64,000 nt of DNA from an uncultured Ignavibacteriales bacterium (GTDB lineage Bacteria; Zixibacteria; MSB-5A5; GN15; FEB-12). Positions 55,758 to 64,000 of this stretch are shown piece by piece. The stretch covers positions 2,278-66,277 of the forward strand of contig CAZFOY010000002.1 of assembly GCA_964520865.1 (NCBI GenBank). The letters are read 5' to 3'. A model generated the notes under the pieces. It made no database searches, was not told where the DNA came from, and saw only the letters and a program-made list of their open reading frames with translations. The position numbers and the translations under genes were made by a program. Every line of letters starts with the position of its first letter. The first letter of the stretch is position 1.

Positions 55758-58439
55758 ATGACTCCAGGCGAGCGATCAGAAATACAAAGAGAAATCGAGT
55801 ACGAGAACCGGGAATGGCTTGATTCTCTTGATTACGTCTATCAGAACGAAGGCCCGAATCGAGTCCGGGAATTACTGCGTAAACTGCAGCTTCGTGCCCA
55901 ACAGCACGGCGTTCACATTCACTTCACGGCCAACACCCCGTACATTAATACCATCCCTGCCGATCGTCAGCCGGTCTATCCGGGCAGCCGGGAAATCGAG
56001 CGAAGAATCAAGAGCATCCTTCGATGGAACGCGATGGCCATGGTGGTGCGGGCGAATCGGACTGCCAGCGGGATTGGTGGACATATCTCCACCTATGCCT
56101 CGACTGCCACCTTGTTCGAAGTCGGATTCAATCATTTTTTCCACGCCAAGAGGGAAGACTCCACCGAAGGAGATATCATCTATTTTCAGGGACATGCTGC
56201 CCCGGGCGTTTATGCCCGGGCGTTCCTCGAAGGACGTATTTCGGAGAAGCATCTTGAGAACTTCCGTCGGGAGCTCAAGCCGGGTGGTGGATTGTCGTCG
56301 TATCCGCATCCTTATCTGATGCCGGATTTCTGGGAGTTTCCGACGGTGTCGATGGGTCTCTCGCCGATCATGGCGATTTATCAGGCGAGATTCAGCCGCT
56401 ATTTGAAAGACCGGTCGCTTCGCAAAACAAGCGGACAGAAAGTCTGGGCGTTCCTTGGCGACGGTGAGCTGGATGAACCGGAGTCGCTCGGCGCGATTAC
56501 TCTGGCATCGCGGGAGCAGCTCGACAATCTCATATTTGTCATCAACTGCAATCTACAGAGACTGGACGGCCCCGTCAGGGGCAATGGAAAAGTCATTCAG
56601 GAACTGGAAGCAGCGTTCCGCGGCGCCGGATGGAATGTAATAAAGGTTATCTGGGGGGCGGACTGGGATCCACTCCTGGCTAACGATAGATACGGCCTGC
56701 TGGCGAAACGGATGGAAGAGACTCCCGACGGCCAGTATCAGAAATACTCGGTGACCGGTGGCGACTATATCCGCAAAGATTTCTTCGGCGCCGATCCGCG
56801 TCTGCTGGAGTTAGTGCAGCACTATTCCGATGAACAGCTCCAGAAACTCCGCCGTGGCGGTCATGATCCGGAAAAAGTATACGCTGCCTACAAAGCGGCG
56901 GTGGATCACCGCGGTTCCCCCACAGTGATTCTGGCCAAAACCATTAAGGGTTACGGCCTCGGCGAAGCAGGCGAGGGCAGGAACGTCACGCACCAACAGA
57001 AGAAGCTTAACGAGCAGGAACTCCGTGAATTCCGAAGCCGGTTCGGCATCCCTATTTCCGATGACGAAATAGCCGAGACGCCGTTCTATCGACCTTCGGA
57101 AGAGAGCGAAGAAATGCAATATATGCGGGAACGTCGGCTGGAACTGGGGGGATATGTTCCGCGCCGGATGGTGACTGTCAAGCCGATAGATCCGCCGCCG
57201 GCCGATATATTCGAAGATTTCTATCTCGGTTCCGGCGAACGTGAAGTTGCCACTACGATGGCGTTCGTTCACCTCCTGTCGAAACTTCTGGCCGATGAAA
57301 AGCTCGGTAAATACATCGTACCGATTGTCCCGGACGAAGCCAGGACGTTCGGTATGGAGTCGCTTTTCCGCAAGGTGGGCATTTACTCACACCAGGGCCA
57401 GATATACGAACCGGTGGACAAAGAAAGTCTCCTCTATTATAAGGAAGCAACCGACGGACAGATTCTCGAAGAAGGTATCACCGAAGCAGGTGCGATGTCA
57501 TCGTTCATTGCGGCGGCAACCGCTTATGCTACTCACGGCCTGAATATGATACCGTTCTTTATTTTCTATTCGATGTTCGGATTCCAGCGGATCGGCGACC
57601 TGATTTGGGCGGCCGGCGATGTGCGGGCCAGAGGTTTCCTCCTTGGCGGGACCTCCGGACGCACTACGCTCGCGGGAGAAGGGCTGCAGCATCAGGATGG
57701 ACACAGTCATCTACTCGCTTTCGCGCATCCGTCGGTCAAGGCATACGATCCGGCATTCGCCTACGAACTGGCCGTCATTATCAGGGACGGTATTCATCGT
57801 ATGCTCGAAAAGCAGGAGAGTGTATTCTATTACCTGACGGTGATGAACGAGTTCTACAAGATGCCACCAATGCCCAAAGGCGTCACCGACGGAATTATCA
57901 AGGGGATGTACCGATTCAAGAAGAGTTCGAACCAGCAGTCTGAATTCCGGGCCCATCTGTTCGGCAGCGGGACTATCCTGAACGAAGTAATCAAAGCGCA
58001 ACAGATTCTCGAGGAGAATTTCGACATAGCTGCGGAAGTGTGGAGTGTAACGAGCTACAAAGAGCTCTACTTCGACGGTATAGAAACGGAAAGATGGAAC
58101 TGGCGCAATTTCGACAAGAAGCCGAAGGCGCCGTACGTGAGTGCGTTACTTGCCGATGAGAAGGGAGTATTCGTGGCCGCCTCGGACTATGTCAAGGCGC
58201 TGCCCGCCTCGATTGCCAAATGGATCCCCGGACCGTTGACGGTGCTGGGAACCGACGGATACGGGCGGAGCGATACAAGGGATGCCCTGCGGGACTTCTT
58301 TGAAGTAGATGCGAACAACATTGCCTTCGCAGCCCTGGTGGCAATGCACCGGGAAGGAAAAGTCGAAGCTTCGGTCGTAAAAAAAGCGCAGAAGGATCTT
58401 GCCATTGACCCGAAGAAATCTAACCCGCTCTTTTCGTAA
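55758..58439 (+). CDS. aceE: pyruvate dehydrogenase E1 component, homodimeric type
   Basis: 893 aa. ThDP motif region GDGELDEPES...NCNLQRLDGPVRGN. Followed by E2 and E3 genes. Confidence 0.95.
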   Translation: MTPGERSEIQREIEYENREWLDSLDYVYQNEGPNRVRELLRKLQLRAQQHGVHIHFTANTPYINTIPADRQPVYPGSREIERRIKSILRWNAMAMVVRANRTASGIGGHISTYASTATLFEVGFNHFFHAKREDSTEGDIIYFQGHAAPGVYARAFLEGRISEKHLENFRRELKPGGGLSSYPHPYLMPDFWEFPTVSMGLSPIMAIYQARFSRYLKDRSLRKTSGQKVWAFLGDGELDEPESLGAITLASREQLDNLIFVINCNLQRLDGPVRGNGKVIQELEAAFRGAGWNVIKVIWGADWDPLLANDRYGLLAKRMEETPDGQYQKYSVTGGDYIRKDFFGADPRLLELVQHYSDEQLQKLRRGGHDPEKVYAAYKAAVDHRGSPTVILAKTIKGYGLGEAGEGRNVTHQQKKLNEQELREFRSRFGIPISDDEIAETPFYRPSEESEEMQYMRERRLELGGYVPRRMVTVKPIDPPPADIFEDFYLGSGEREVATTMAFVHLLSKLLADEKLGKYIVPIVPDEARTFGMESLFRKVGIYSHQGQIYEPVDKESLLYYKEATDGQILEEGITEAGAMSSFIAAATAYATHGLNMIPFFIFYSMFGFQRIGDLIWAAGDVRARGFLLGGTSGRTTLAGEGLQHQDGHSHLLAFAHPSVKAYDPAFAYELAVIIRDGIHRMLEKQESVFYYLTVMNEFYKMPPMPKGVTDGIIKGMYRFKKSSNQQSEFRAHLFGSGTILNEVIKAQQILEENFDIAAEVWSVTSYKELYFDGIETERWNWRNFDKKPKAPYVSALLADEKGVFVAASDYVKALPASIAKWIPGPLTVLGTDGYGRSDTRDALRDFFEVDANNIAFAALVAMHREGKVEASVVKKAQKDLAIDPKKSNPLFS

Positions 58440-58453
58440 GAGAGGACAACTTT

Positions 58454-59830
58454 ATGACTAAAGATATCAAGATCCCTGACATAGGTGAAAAGGTAGAAAA
58501 AGGAAGTGTCGTCTCCGTTCTTGTCGCCAAGGGGGACGCGGTCGAACTGGATCAGGCGATTATCGAGTTCGAAACGGAAAAAGCGGTCGTTGAGATCCCC
58601 TCCCCCGAGCATGGAAAGATCATTGAAGTGCTGGTAAAGGAAGGAGACACGCTCAAGATCGGCGACGTGATCGCCCGGATCGACACCGATGCTGCCTTGG
58701 AACGACCGGAACCTGAAGCTGCGGCTCCACCGCGTCACGAAATTCAGCCGGAAAAGCCCGCACCTCAGGACGAGACCGAGGTCACTGAGGTCCGGCAGTC
58801 TTCGCCGCCGACACCGAGTCGGGAACCGGCGTCTGCCCCTCCGCCGAGCGCCGGCCAGACGGAAGATACCGTAATTCTTATGCAGGGGCCGGTAGAGATC
58901 CCTCGTATACCTGCCGCCGCCTCACCGACTGTCCGTCGTCTCGCCCGCGAACTTGGCGCCGATATCAACGCCATTCGCGGTAGCGGACCGGGCGATCGAA
59001 TCACCGCTGACGATGTCAAAGAGTACATAAAGCAAGTAGTATCAGGAGGAAAAGGGGTATCGGTCGGGCCGAGCACGACGCGTCAGTTGCCCGACTTCGG
59101 CAATTGGGGAACGATCGAGCGCGAAACGATTTCAAGCGTCCGGGGTGTGATTGCGGAGAATACAGCCTTTGCATGGAGTGCTATTCCCCATGTTACTCAG
59201 TTTGACCAGGCAGATATCACTGAGCTGGAAAGATTCCGCGCCAGGCACGGCGAGAAGGTTCGCGAGCAGGGGGGAAGGCTGACCATCACGCCGATAGTGA
59301 TGAAGATTATAGTCGAAGCACTCAAACAGTTTCCGAAATTCAATGCTTCGATCGATACCTTGCGCGATGAGATCGTCTACAAGAAATACTATCACATCGG
59401 AATGGCCGTCGACACCGAGCGCGGCCTGTTGATGCCGGTCGTGCGGGATGCAGACAAAAAGTCCATCGTAGAACTTGCTATTGAAATCAAGCAGCTGGCT
59501 GACCGGGCAAGAAGCAGACGGCTCTCTCCGGAAGATATGGAAGGCGGCAGTTTCTCCATCTCGAATCAGGGAGGAATAGGCGGAACGAACTTCACGCCGA
59601 TAATCTTTTGGCCGCAGGTTGCCATACTCGGCATAAGTCGCAACAGCCCTCAGCCGCTACTTGTCGATGGTGAGTGGCAGTCACGGCAGGTCCTCCCGCT
59701 GTCACTTTCTTACGACCATCGTATTATCGACGGGGCGGATGCCGCGAGATTTCTGCGATGGGTCGTCGAGGCACTGGAAAATCCGCTCATGCTCATATTT
59801 GAGGGACGAAACTTGGAGCCGGGAAACTGA
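58454..59830 (+). CDS. aceF: dihydrolipoamide acetyltransferase (E2), single lipoyl domain
   Basis: Lipoyl-lysine motif EFETEKAVVEI. Subunit-binding domain ASPTVRRLARELGADI. Catalytic DHRIIDGADAARF. Confidence 0.9.
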   Translation: MTKDIKIPDIGEKVEKGSVVSVLVAKGDAVELDQAIIEFETEKAVVEIPSPEHGKIIEVLVKEGDTLKIGDVIARIDTDAALERPEPEAAAPPRHEIQPEKPAPQDETEVTEVRQSSPPTPSREPASAPPPSAGQTEDTVILMQGPVEIPRIPAAASPTVRRLARELGADINAIRGSGPGDRITADDVKEYIKQVVSGGKGVSVGPSTTRQLPDFGNWGTIERETISSVRGVIAENTAFAWSAIPHVTQFDQADITELERFRARHGEKVREQGGRLTITPIVMKIIVEALKQFPKFNASIDTLRDEIVYKKYYHIGMAVDTERGLLMPVVRDADKKSIVELAIEIKQLADRARSRRLSPEDMEGGSFSISNQGGIGGTNFTPIIFWPQVAILGISRNSPQPLLVDGEWQSRQVLPLSLSYDHRIIDGADAARFLRWVVEALENPLMLIFEGRNLEPGN

Positions 59831-59858
59831 CCTCCGATCAGATATAGGGAATCAGGTT

Positions 59859-61283
59859 ATGGTAGATAAGAAAATGGCAACGCAGCTGGTAGTGGTAGGC
59901 GGGGGACCGGGCGGATATGCGGCCGCATTTCTGGCCGCCGACATGGGCATGCAAGTAACCCTGGTCGATCCGGACAAAAATCCGGGCGGCGTCTGTTTGT
60001 ATCGGGGATGTATCCCTTCGAAGGCACTCCTGCACGTGGCGAAACTGATTCACGAAGCTTCGGAAGCTGAAGCCTGGGGCGTGCATTTCGAGAAACCCAG
60101 CTTCGATTTGGATAGAATCCGGGCATGGAAAGACGAGGTTGTCGACAAACTCACCGGAGGAGTGGGGCAACTTACCAAACAACGAAAGATCACCCACATT
60201 CGGGGGATGGCGAAGTTTATTGATGCCAACACGATTTCAATCGACAAAGTCGGCGGCGGCAGCGAGTCGCTTACCTTCGAGCACGCGATCCTCGCATCCG
60301 GCTCGGAGCCTGCCAGAATACCCGGCTTTCCGAAATCTCCAAACATTCTGGATTCAACCACGGCGCTGGATCTGGAAAGTATCCCGAAGACGCTTCTCGT
60401 GATTGGAGGAGGGTATATCGGACTGGAATTGGGGACGGTTTATGCTACGCTGGGATCGAAAGTGACTCTGGTCGAGATGACTTCGGGGCTGCTGCCCGGC
60501 GTTGATCGTGATCTTGTCAACGTGGTTCAGAAAAGGATAACCTCGCTGTTCGATACAGTTCTTCTGAACACCAAAGTGAGCGAACTCAAGGATCAGAAGA
60601 ACGGGTTGAAGGCGTCATTCGAAGGAAAGGGTGCCGATAAGCAATCCGGACTGTTCGAAAAGGTCCTTGTTTCGGTCGGTCGACGGCCACTTTCGGCGAA
60701 CCTCGGACTCGAGAATACAAAAATACAGCTGACTCAGCGCGGGTTCGTGAAAGTCGACGAGCAGCTTCGAACTGATGAACCGAGCATATTCGCAATCGGC
60801 GATGTGGTCGGCGAACCGATGCTGGCGCACAAGGCGTCACACGAGGGACGGACCGCGGTAGAAGCGATTGCCGGTCAGAAAGTAGCGTTTGAACCGCATG
60901 CGATACCGGCCGTCGTATTCACCGATCCGGAAATCGCATGGTGCGGCACGACTGAAAGCGAAGCAAAGAGCAAGGGGCAGCAGGTCAGTGTCGCTAAATT
61001 TCCCTGGGGTGCCTCGGGGCGAGCCGCGACCCTGGGCCGGAGTGACGGCCTCACGAAACTCATTATCGATCCGGAAACGGAACGTGTCCTCGGCCTGGGG
61101 CTGGTCGGTCCGGGTGCCGGTGAGCTGATAGCCGAAGGTGTCGTGGCCATAGAAATGGGTGCCCTGGCCAGCGATATCGGACTCTCGATCCACCCGCATC
61201 CGACACTTTCGGAAACGATTATGGAGGCGGCCGACTTGTTCTACGGTACTTCGACGCATTACTACCGACCGAAGCGTCGATAG
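59859..61283 (+). CDS. lpdA: dihydrolipoyl dehydrogenase (E3)
   Basis: VVVGGGPGGYAAAF FAD motif, redox disulfide GGVCLYRGCIPSK, C-terminal HPHPTLSE. The 66-codon track extension overlaps E2 and is rejected. Confidence 0.9.
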   Translation: MVDKKMATQLVVVGGGPGGYAAAFLAADMGMQVTLVDPDKNPGGVCLYRGCIPSKALLHVAKLIHEASEAEAWGVHFEKPSFDLDRIRAWKDEVVDKLTGGVGQLTKQRKITHIRGMAKFIDANTISIDKVGGGSESLTFEHAILASGSEPARIPGFPKSPNILDSTTALDLESIPKTLLVIGGGYIGLELGTVYATLGSKVTLVEMTSGLLPGVDRDLVNVVQKRITSLFDTVLLNTKVSELKDQKNGLKASFEGKGADKQSGLFEKVLVSVGRRPLSANLGLENTKIQLTQRGFVKVDEQLRTDEPSIFAIGDVVGEPMLAHKASHEGRTAVEAIAGQKVAFEPHAIPAVVFTDPEIAWCGTTESEAKSKGQQVSVAKFPWGASGRAATLGRSDGLTKLIIDPETERVLGLGLVGPGAGELIAEGVVAIEMGALASDIGLSIHPHPTLSETIMEAADLFYGTSTHYYRPKRR

Positions 61284-61664
61284 GAAACTCCACCGTTTGT
61301 AGTTGAAATCGATTTTCACCGCACGTCCTTCCGATGCGAAATGCGTCAGGCGAGGCATCGCTGCCCCCACACTTCCATCTTCATACTTGACATATTCGTT
61401 GATGTTGATGACATTATCTCTGTTAGCTTAGTTTGGGTTACAATATATCATATCGGAGGGTTGGATAGGGTTATGCATCCCGGGGCCCGCTCTCATGCAG
61501 CGGTCAGTTTCGCCGTTTCCCCAGTCATTTTATTATTCAGGATGGCGTTAAAGAACGACTCATTCTGCCCATATGTGGGTAACGCGTCCAACCATTCCGA
61601 TCCGTTCCCGGTGTATCGCATTGTGCGAGTCAAGCTCAGGGGATAACGAGAGGAGGAGTTTCTG

Positions 61665-63575
61665 ATGTTGAAGCACGGTTTCTTTGCAGTTGGAATATTT
61701 CTGTTAGTCTGTTGCTCGATCGGATCGGTTTCGGCAGAAAAATGGGGAGACGTCACCGATGAAGAATGGAACATGCAGCCGCCGAAGAACTATCCCGAAG
61801 CGAATGCCGAGGTGATCTATGACGTTGGCGAAATGAAAGTGACGCTTGATGCTATAGACTTCACTCGGCACGTCCGCATCAAGGTGTTTACCGACAAAGG
61901 GGCCGAGGATGTCGGTGATATCGCCATTCAGTACTACAAAGATGACAAGTTGAAAGGGCTGAAGGCCCAGACGATCACGCCGGACGGCAAGAAACATGAA
62001 GTAAAAGGCGGAGATATTCACTCCCGAGAATTCGGCAGCCAAAGAGAAAAGACATTCGCCTTTCCTGCCGTGGTCCCCGGATCGATACTTGAATACAAGT
62101 ATGAAAATGTGAATCAACGGTTCAGGGCGCTCGATCCCTGGTATTTTCAAACCGATCTCTTCACGCTCAAGTCGAGTTTCACGCTCGTGCTTGCCCCGGG
62201 GTTTACCTATTCATCGCTGGTAAAAAACATTCCGAGTTTCGAGAAGGATCCGAAAGTCGAAGATGCCATGTCTACGCAGGATAAGCTCTTTACCTGGACA
62301 CGGACTGACCTTCCCCCGGTAACTGACGAACCGTATATGAGTGCGGTACGCGACTATTTGTCGTCACTGTATTGTCAACTTGTCTCCTACGAATCTCCCT
62401 ATTTCAAACAGACGTTCATTACCGGTTGGGCAGATCTTGGCGATTTTTTCAGCAAGTTCGTCGATGACTACGCTCATAAGGACAACGGAGTCAAAGAAGC
62501 AGTAGCCGCCATTATAGACCCGAATGCCTCGAAATCCGAATCAAACGCGCGCGCAATCTACCGGTACGTGACCCAGGAGATCAAGACGAAGAGCACCGGT
62601 GATTGGTGGACTCACGACAATCTCAAGGAGATGCTCGTTGACAAATTCGGTACTTCGGACGAGAAGAACGTACTCCTGACCAAGATGTTGCGCGAGGCGG
62701 GAATCGACGCCTGGCCGGTCATGATCAGTACTCGGAGCCACGGTACTTTCAAGCCGGAACTCTACCAGCTAACGCAGTTGAACAAGGTAATCACCTACGC
62801 GGTGGTGGATTCCACCGGCATCTATATGGATGCCTCCAGCCGTTTCTGTCCTTACGGTTCTCTACCGGCAAACTCCATGAGCAACGCCGGCCTGTTGCTC
62901 GATGGCGAGAATTCTGAGTTGGTACGGATCTTTGCCGTTCTGCCGAAATGTTACCGGATCGATGCAACCAATATCGAGATCGACTCGGCGGGCGAGGCAC
63001 ATTGTCAGACCACGGTCGGTCTGACGGGATATTTCACCTCAACCTACGGCAGCCGCTATGAATCGGAAGAACCTGAGGATTTTGTCAAGAAGCGATTTGT
63101 TGACAGGATATCCAAAGATTATCAACTCGGAGAGTATTCTTTCGATTTCGACACGACAAGCAATCAGTGTAAACTCAATGTCGCGTATACCACGAACGAC
63201 CTGACCGAGAGCCTCGACCAGAATTTGCTGGTAACCCCCGCGGTCTACTATCTGAAAACTAACCCGTTCACGCTCAAGCAACGGGATTTCCCGGTCGATT
63301 TCGGCTTCCCCTTCACATATCAAAACATCGTGAATATTAAGTGTGACGGTGGCTATACGCCGGGCCAGCTGCCAAACGACACGACTCTCCAGATTGACGG
63401 CGCCACCTTCGAGCGACACACCATGGTCAACGGCGGAGACGTGACAGTCGAAAGTAAACTGGTGGTGGAGACCGCCAACTTCCTCCCGAGCCAGTACTTC
63501 GGGCTTCGTCAGTTCTTCACCGGAATCGAGGATGCTGACAACCAGAAAGTCGTCTTTACAAAGGCCGCTCAATGA
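61665..63575 (+). CDS. DUF3857-family secreted protein with central transglutaminase-like region
   Basis: GAGGAGG RBS and signal peptide. The N-terminal WGDVTDEEWNM...EANAEVIYDVGEMKV pattern is typical of DUF3857. Central ...FGTSDEKNVLLTKMLREAGIDAWPV is transglutaminase-core-like, with Ser where the catalytic Cys usually sits. Confidence 0.65.
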   Translation: MLKHGFFAVGIFLLVCCSIGSVSAEKWGDVTDEEWNMQPPKNYPEANAEVIYDVGEMKVTLDAIDFTRHVRIKVFTDKGAEDVGDIAIQYYKDDKLKGLKAQTITPDGKKHEVKGGDIHSREFGSQREKTFAFPAVVPGSILEYKYENVNQRFRALDPWYFQTDLFTLKSSFTLVLAPGFTYSSLVKNIPSFEKDPKVEDAMSTQDKLFTWTRTDLPPVTDEPYMSAVRDYLSSLYCQLVSYESPYFKQTFITGWADLGDFFSKFVDDYAHKDNGVKEAVAAIIDPNASKSESNARAIYRYVTQEIKTKSTGDWWTHDNLKEMLVDKFGTSDEKNVLLTKMLREAGIDAWPVMISTRSHGTFKPELYQLTQLNKVITYAVVDSTGIYMDASSRFCPYGSLPANSMSNAGLLLDGENSELVRIFAVLPKCYRIDATNIEIDSAGEAHCQTTVGLTGYFTSTYGSRYESEEPEDFVKKRFVDRISKDYQLGEYSFDFDTTSNQCKLNVAYTTNDLTESLDQNLLVTPAVYYLKTNPFTLKQRDFPVDFGFPFTYQNIVNIKCDGGYTPGQLPNDTTLQIDGATFERHTMVNGGDVTVESKLVVETANFLPSQYFGLRQFFTGIEDADNQKVVFTKAAQ

Positions 63576-64000
63576 AGTCGTTGGCGACAGCTTCATTGAT
63601 CGTCGCCGGATTGATCCTTTTATCGGGTGCGGCGTGGTCGAAAGAGAAGAAGAGTATCGACGAATACGATGCCGTCTACAACATCCGCGATTGGAAGTGC
63701 GAGATTGACGGCAACAAAGCCGTGGTAAAGGTGCACAATCGAATTACGGTGAAAAACAGGAGAGGTGACGATTACGGCTATATCCATCTTACCGATACCC
63801 GGTATAGCCAGTTGAAGGATGCCAATATCACTATCTCGGATACGACCGGCAAGGTGATCAACCGCTATGGCAAGAAGGATCTCCGGAAGGCCTGCGGCTA
63901 CGGTGCTTCGTATGCTCTTTACGAAGATATCTGTCATTACTTTACCGATGCCGCGGTTGCGACCTTTCCCTACGTTGTCGACCTCAACTACACTCGGGAG
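63572..64000 (+). CDS. second DUF3857-like secreted protein (N-terminal 143 aa; runs off the right edge)
   Basis: Absent from the ORF track (no stop in window). ATGA overlap with the preceding stop. My translation reads MKSLATASLIVAGLILLSGAAWSKEKKSIDEYDAVYNIRDWKCEIDG... Confidence 0.55.
   Translation, partial: MKSLATASLIVAGLILLSGAAWSKEKKSIDEYDAVYNIRDWKCEIDGNKAVVKVHNRITVKNRRGDDYGYIHLTDTRYSQLKDANITISDTTGKVINRYGKKDLRKACGYGASYALYEDICHYFTDAAVATFPYVVDLNYTRE

Noticed and set aside
61470-61646. 57-aa ORF (MHPGARSHAAVSF...) with GGAGGG 12 nt upstream, between lpd and the DUF3857 gene
   Set aside because: The RBS spacing is too long, the composition is unremarkable, there is no motif, and an equally long ORF overlaps it on the opposite strand. 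Evidence is insufficient.

Overview
This 64-kb window looks chromosomal, from a moderately GC-rich bacterium. Dockerin-like and PEP-CTERM sorting modules, DUF3857 and DUF5916 proteins and a group 3b hydrogenase suggest an uncultivated anaerobe of the FCB/Zixibacteria type, but that placement is inference only. I support about 45 protein-coding genes. I saw no rRNA, tRNA, CRISPR array, transposase or integrase. Gene order, left to right: (1) a radical SAM enzyme truncated by the window edge, preceded by a 33-aa Cys-rich ORF missing from the ORF track (candidate RiPP pair), divergent from a MacA/MacB-type exporter. (2) A CBM9/DUF5916-like outer-membrane protein. (3) A co-directional ribose-type sugar ABC transporter plus a secreted GH38 alpha-mannosidase carrying a PA14 domain. 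(4) ppsR, a second MacB-like ABC pair and a porin-like protein. (5) A group 3b [NiFe]-hydrogenase operon (beta, gamma, delta, alpha, protease) with a standalone cNMP-binding-domain gene wedged between beta and gamma. (6) An accessory-looking stretch: dockerin-like secreted protein, MCP, GAF-PAS-LuxR regulator, two glycosyltransferases, a Cas4-like PD-(D/E)XK nuclease, envelope proteins (TPR lipoprotein, PEP-CTERM protein) and an orphan phage portal-like/terminase-large-subunit pair. (7) carAB. (8) A WYL-like regulator, a small secreted Thr/Gly-rich protein and a 1395-aa Ser/Thr-kinase-TPR-GAF-AAA+-HTH fusion regulator. (9) glgB and malQ. (10) aceE, E2 and lpd. (11) Two tandem DUF3857 genes. 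The best candidates for something new are the RiPP-like pair, the orphan portal-terminase module, the kinase-EBP/small-peptide/WYL locus and the cNMP-domain hydrogenase gene. All functional calls come from motifs read by eye; no database search was possible.
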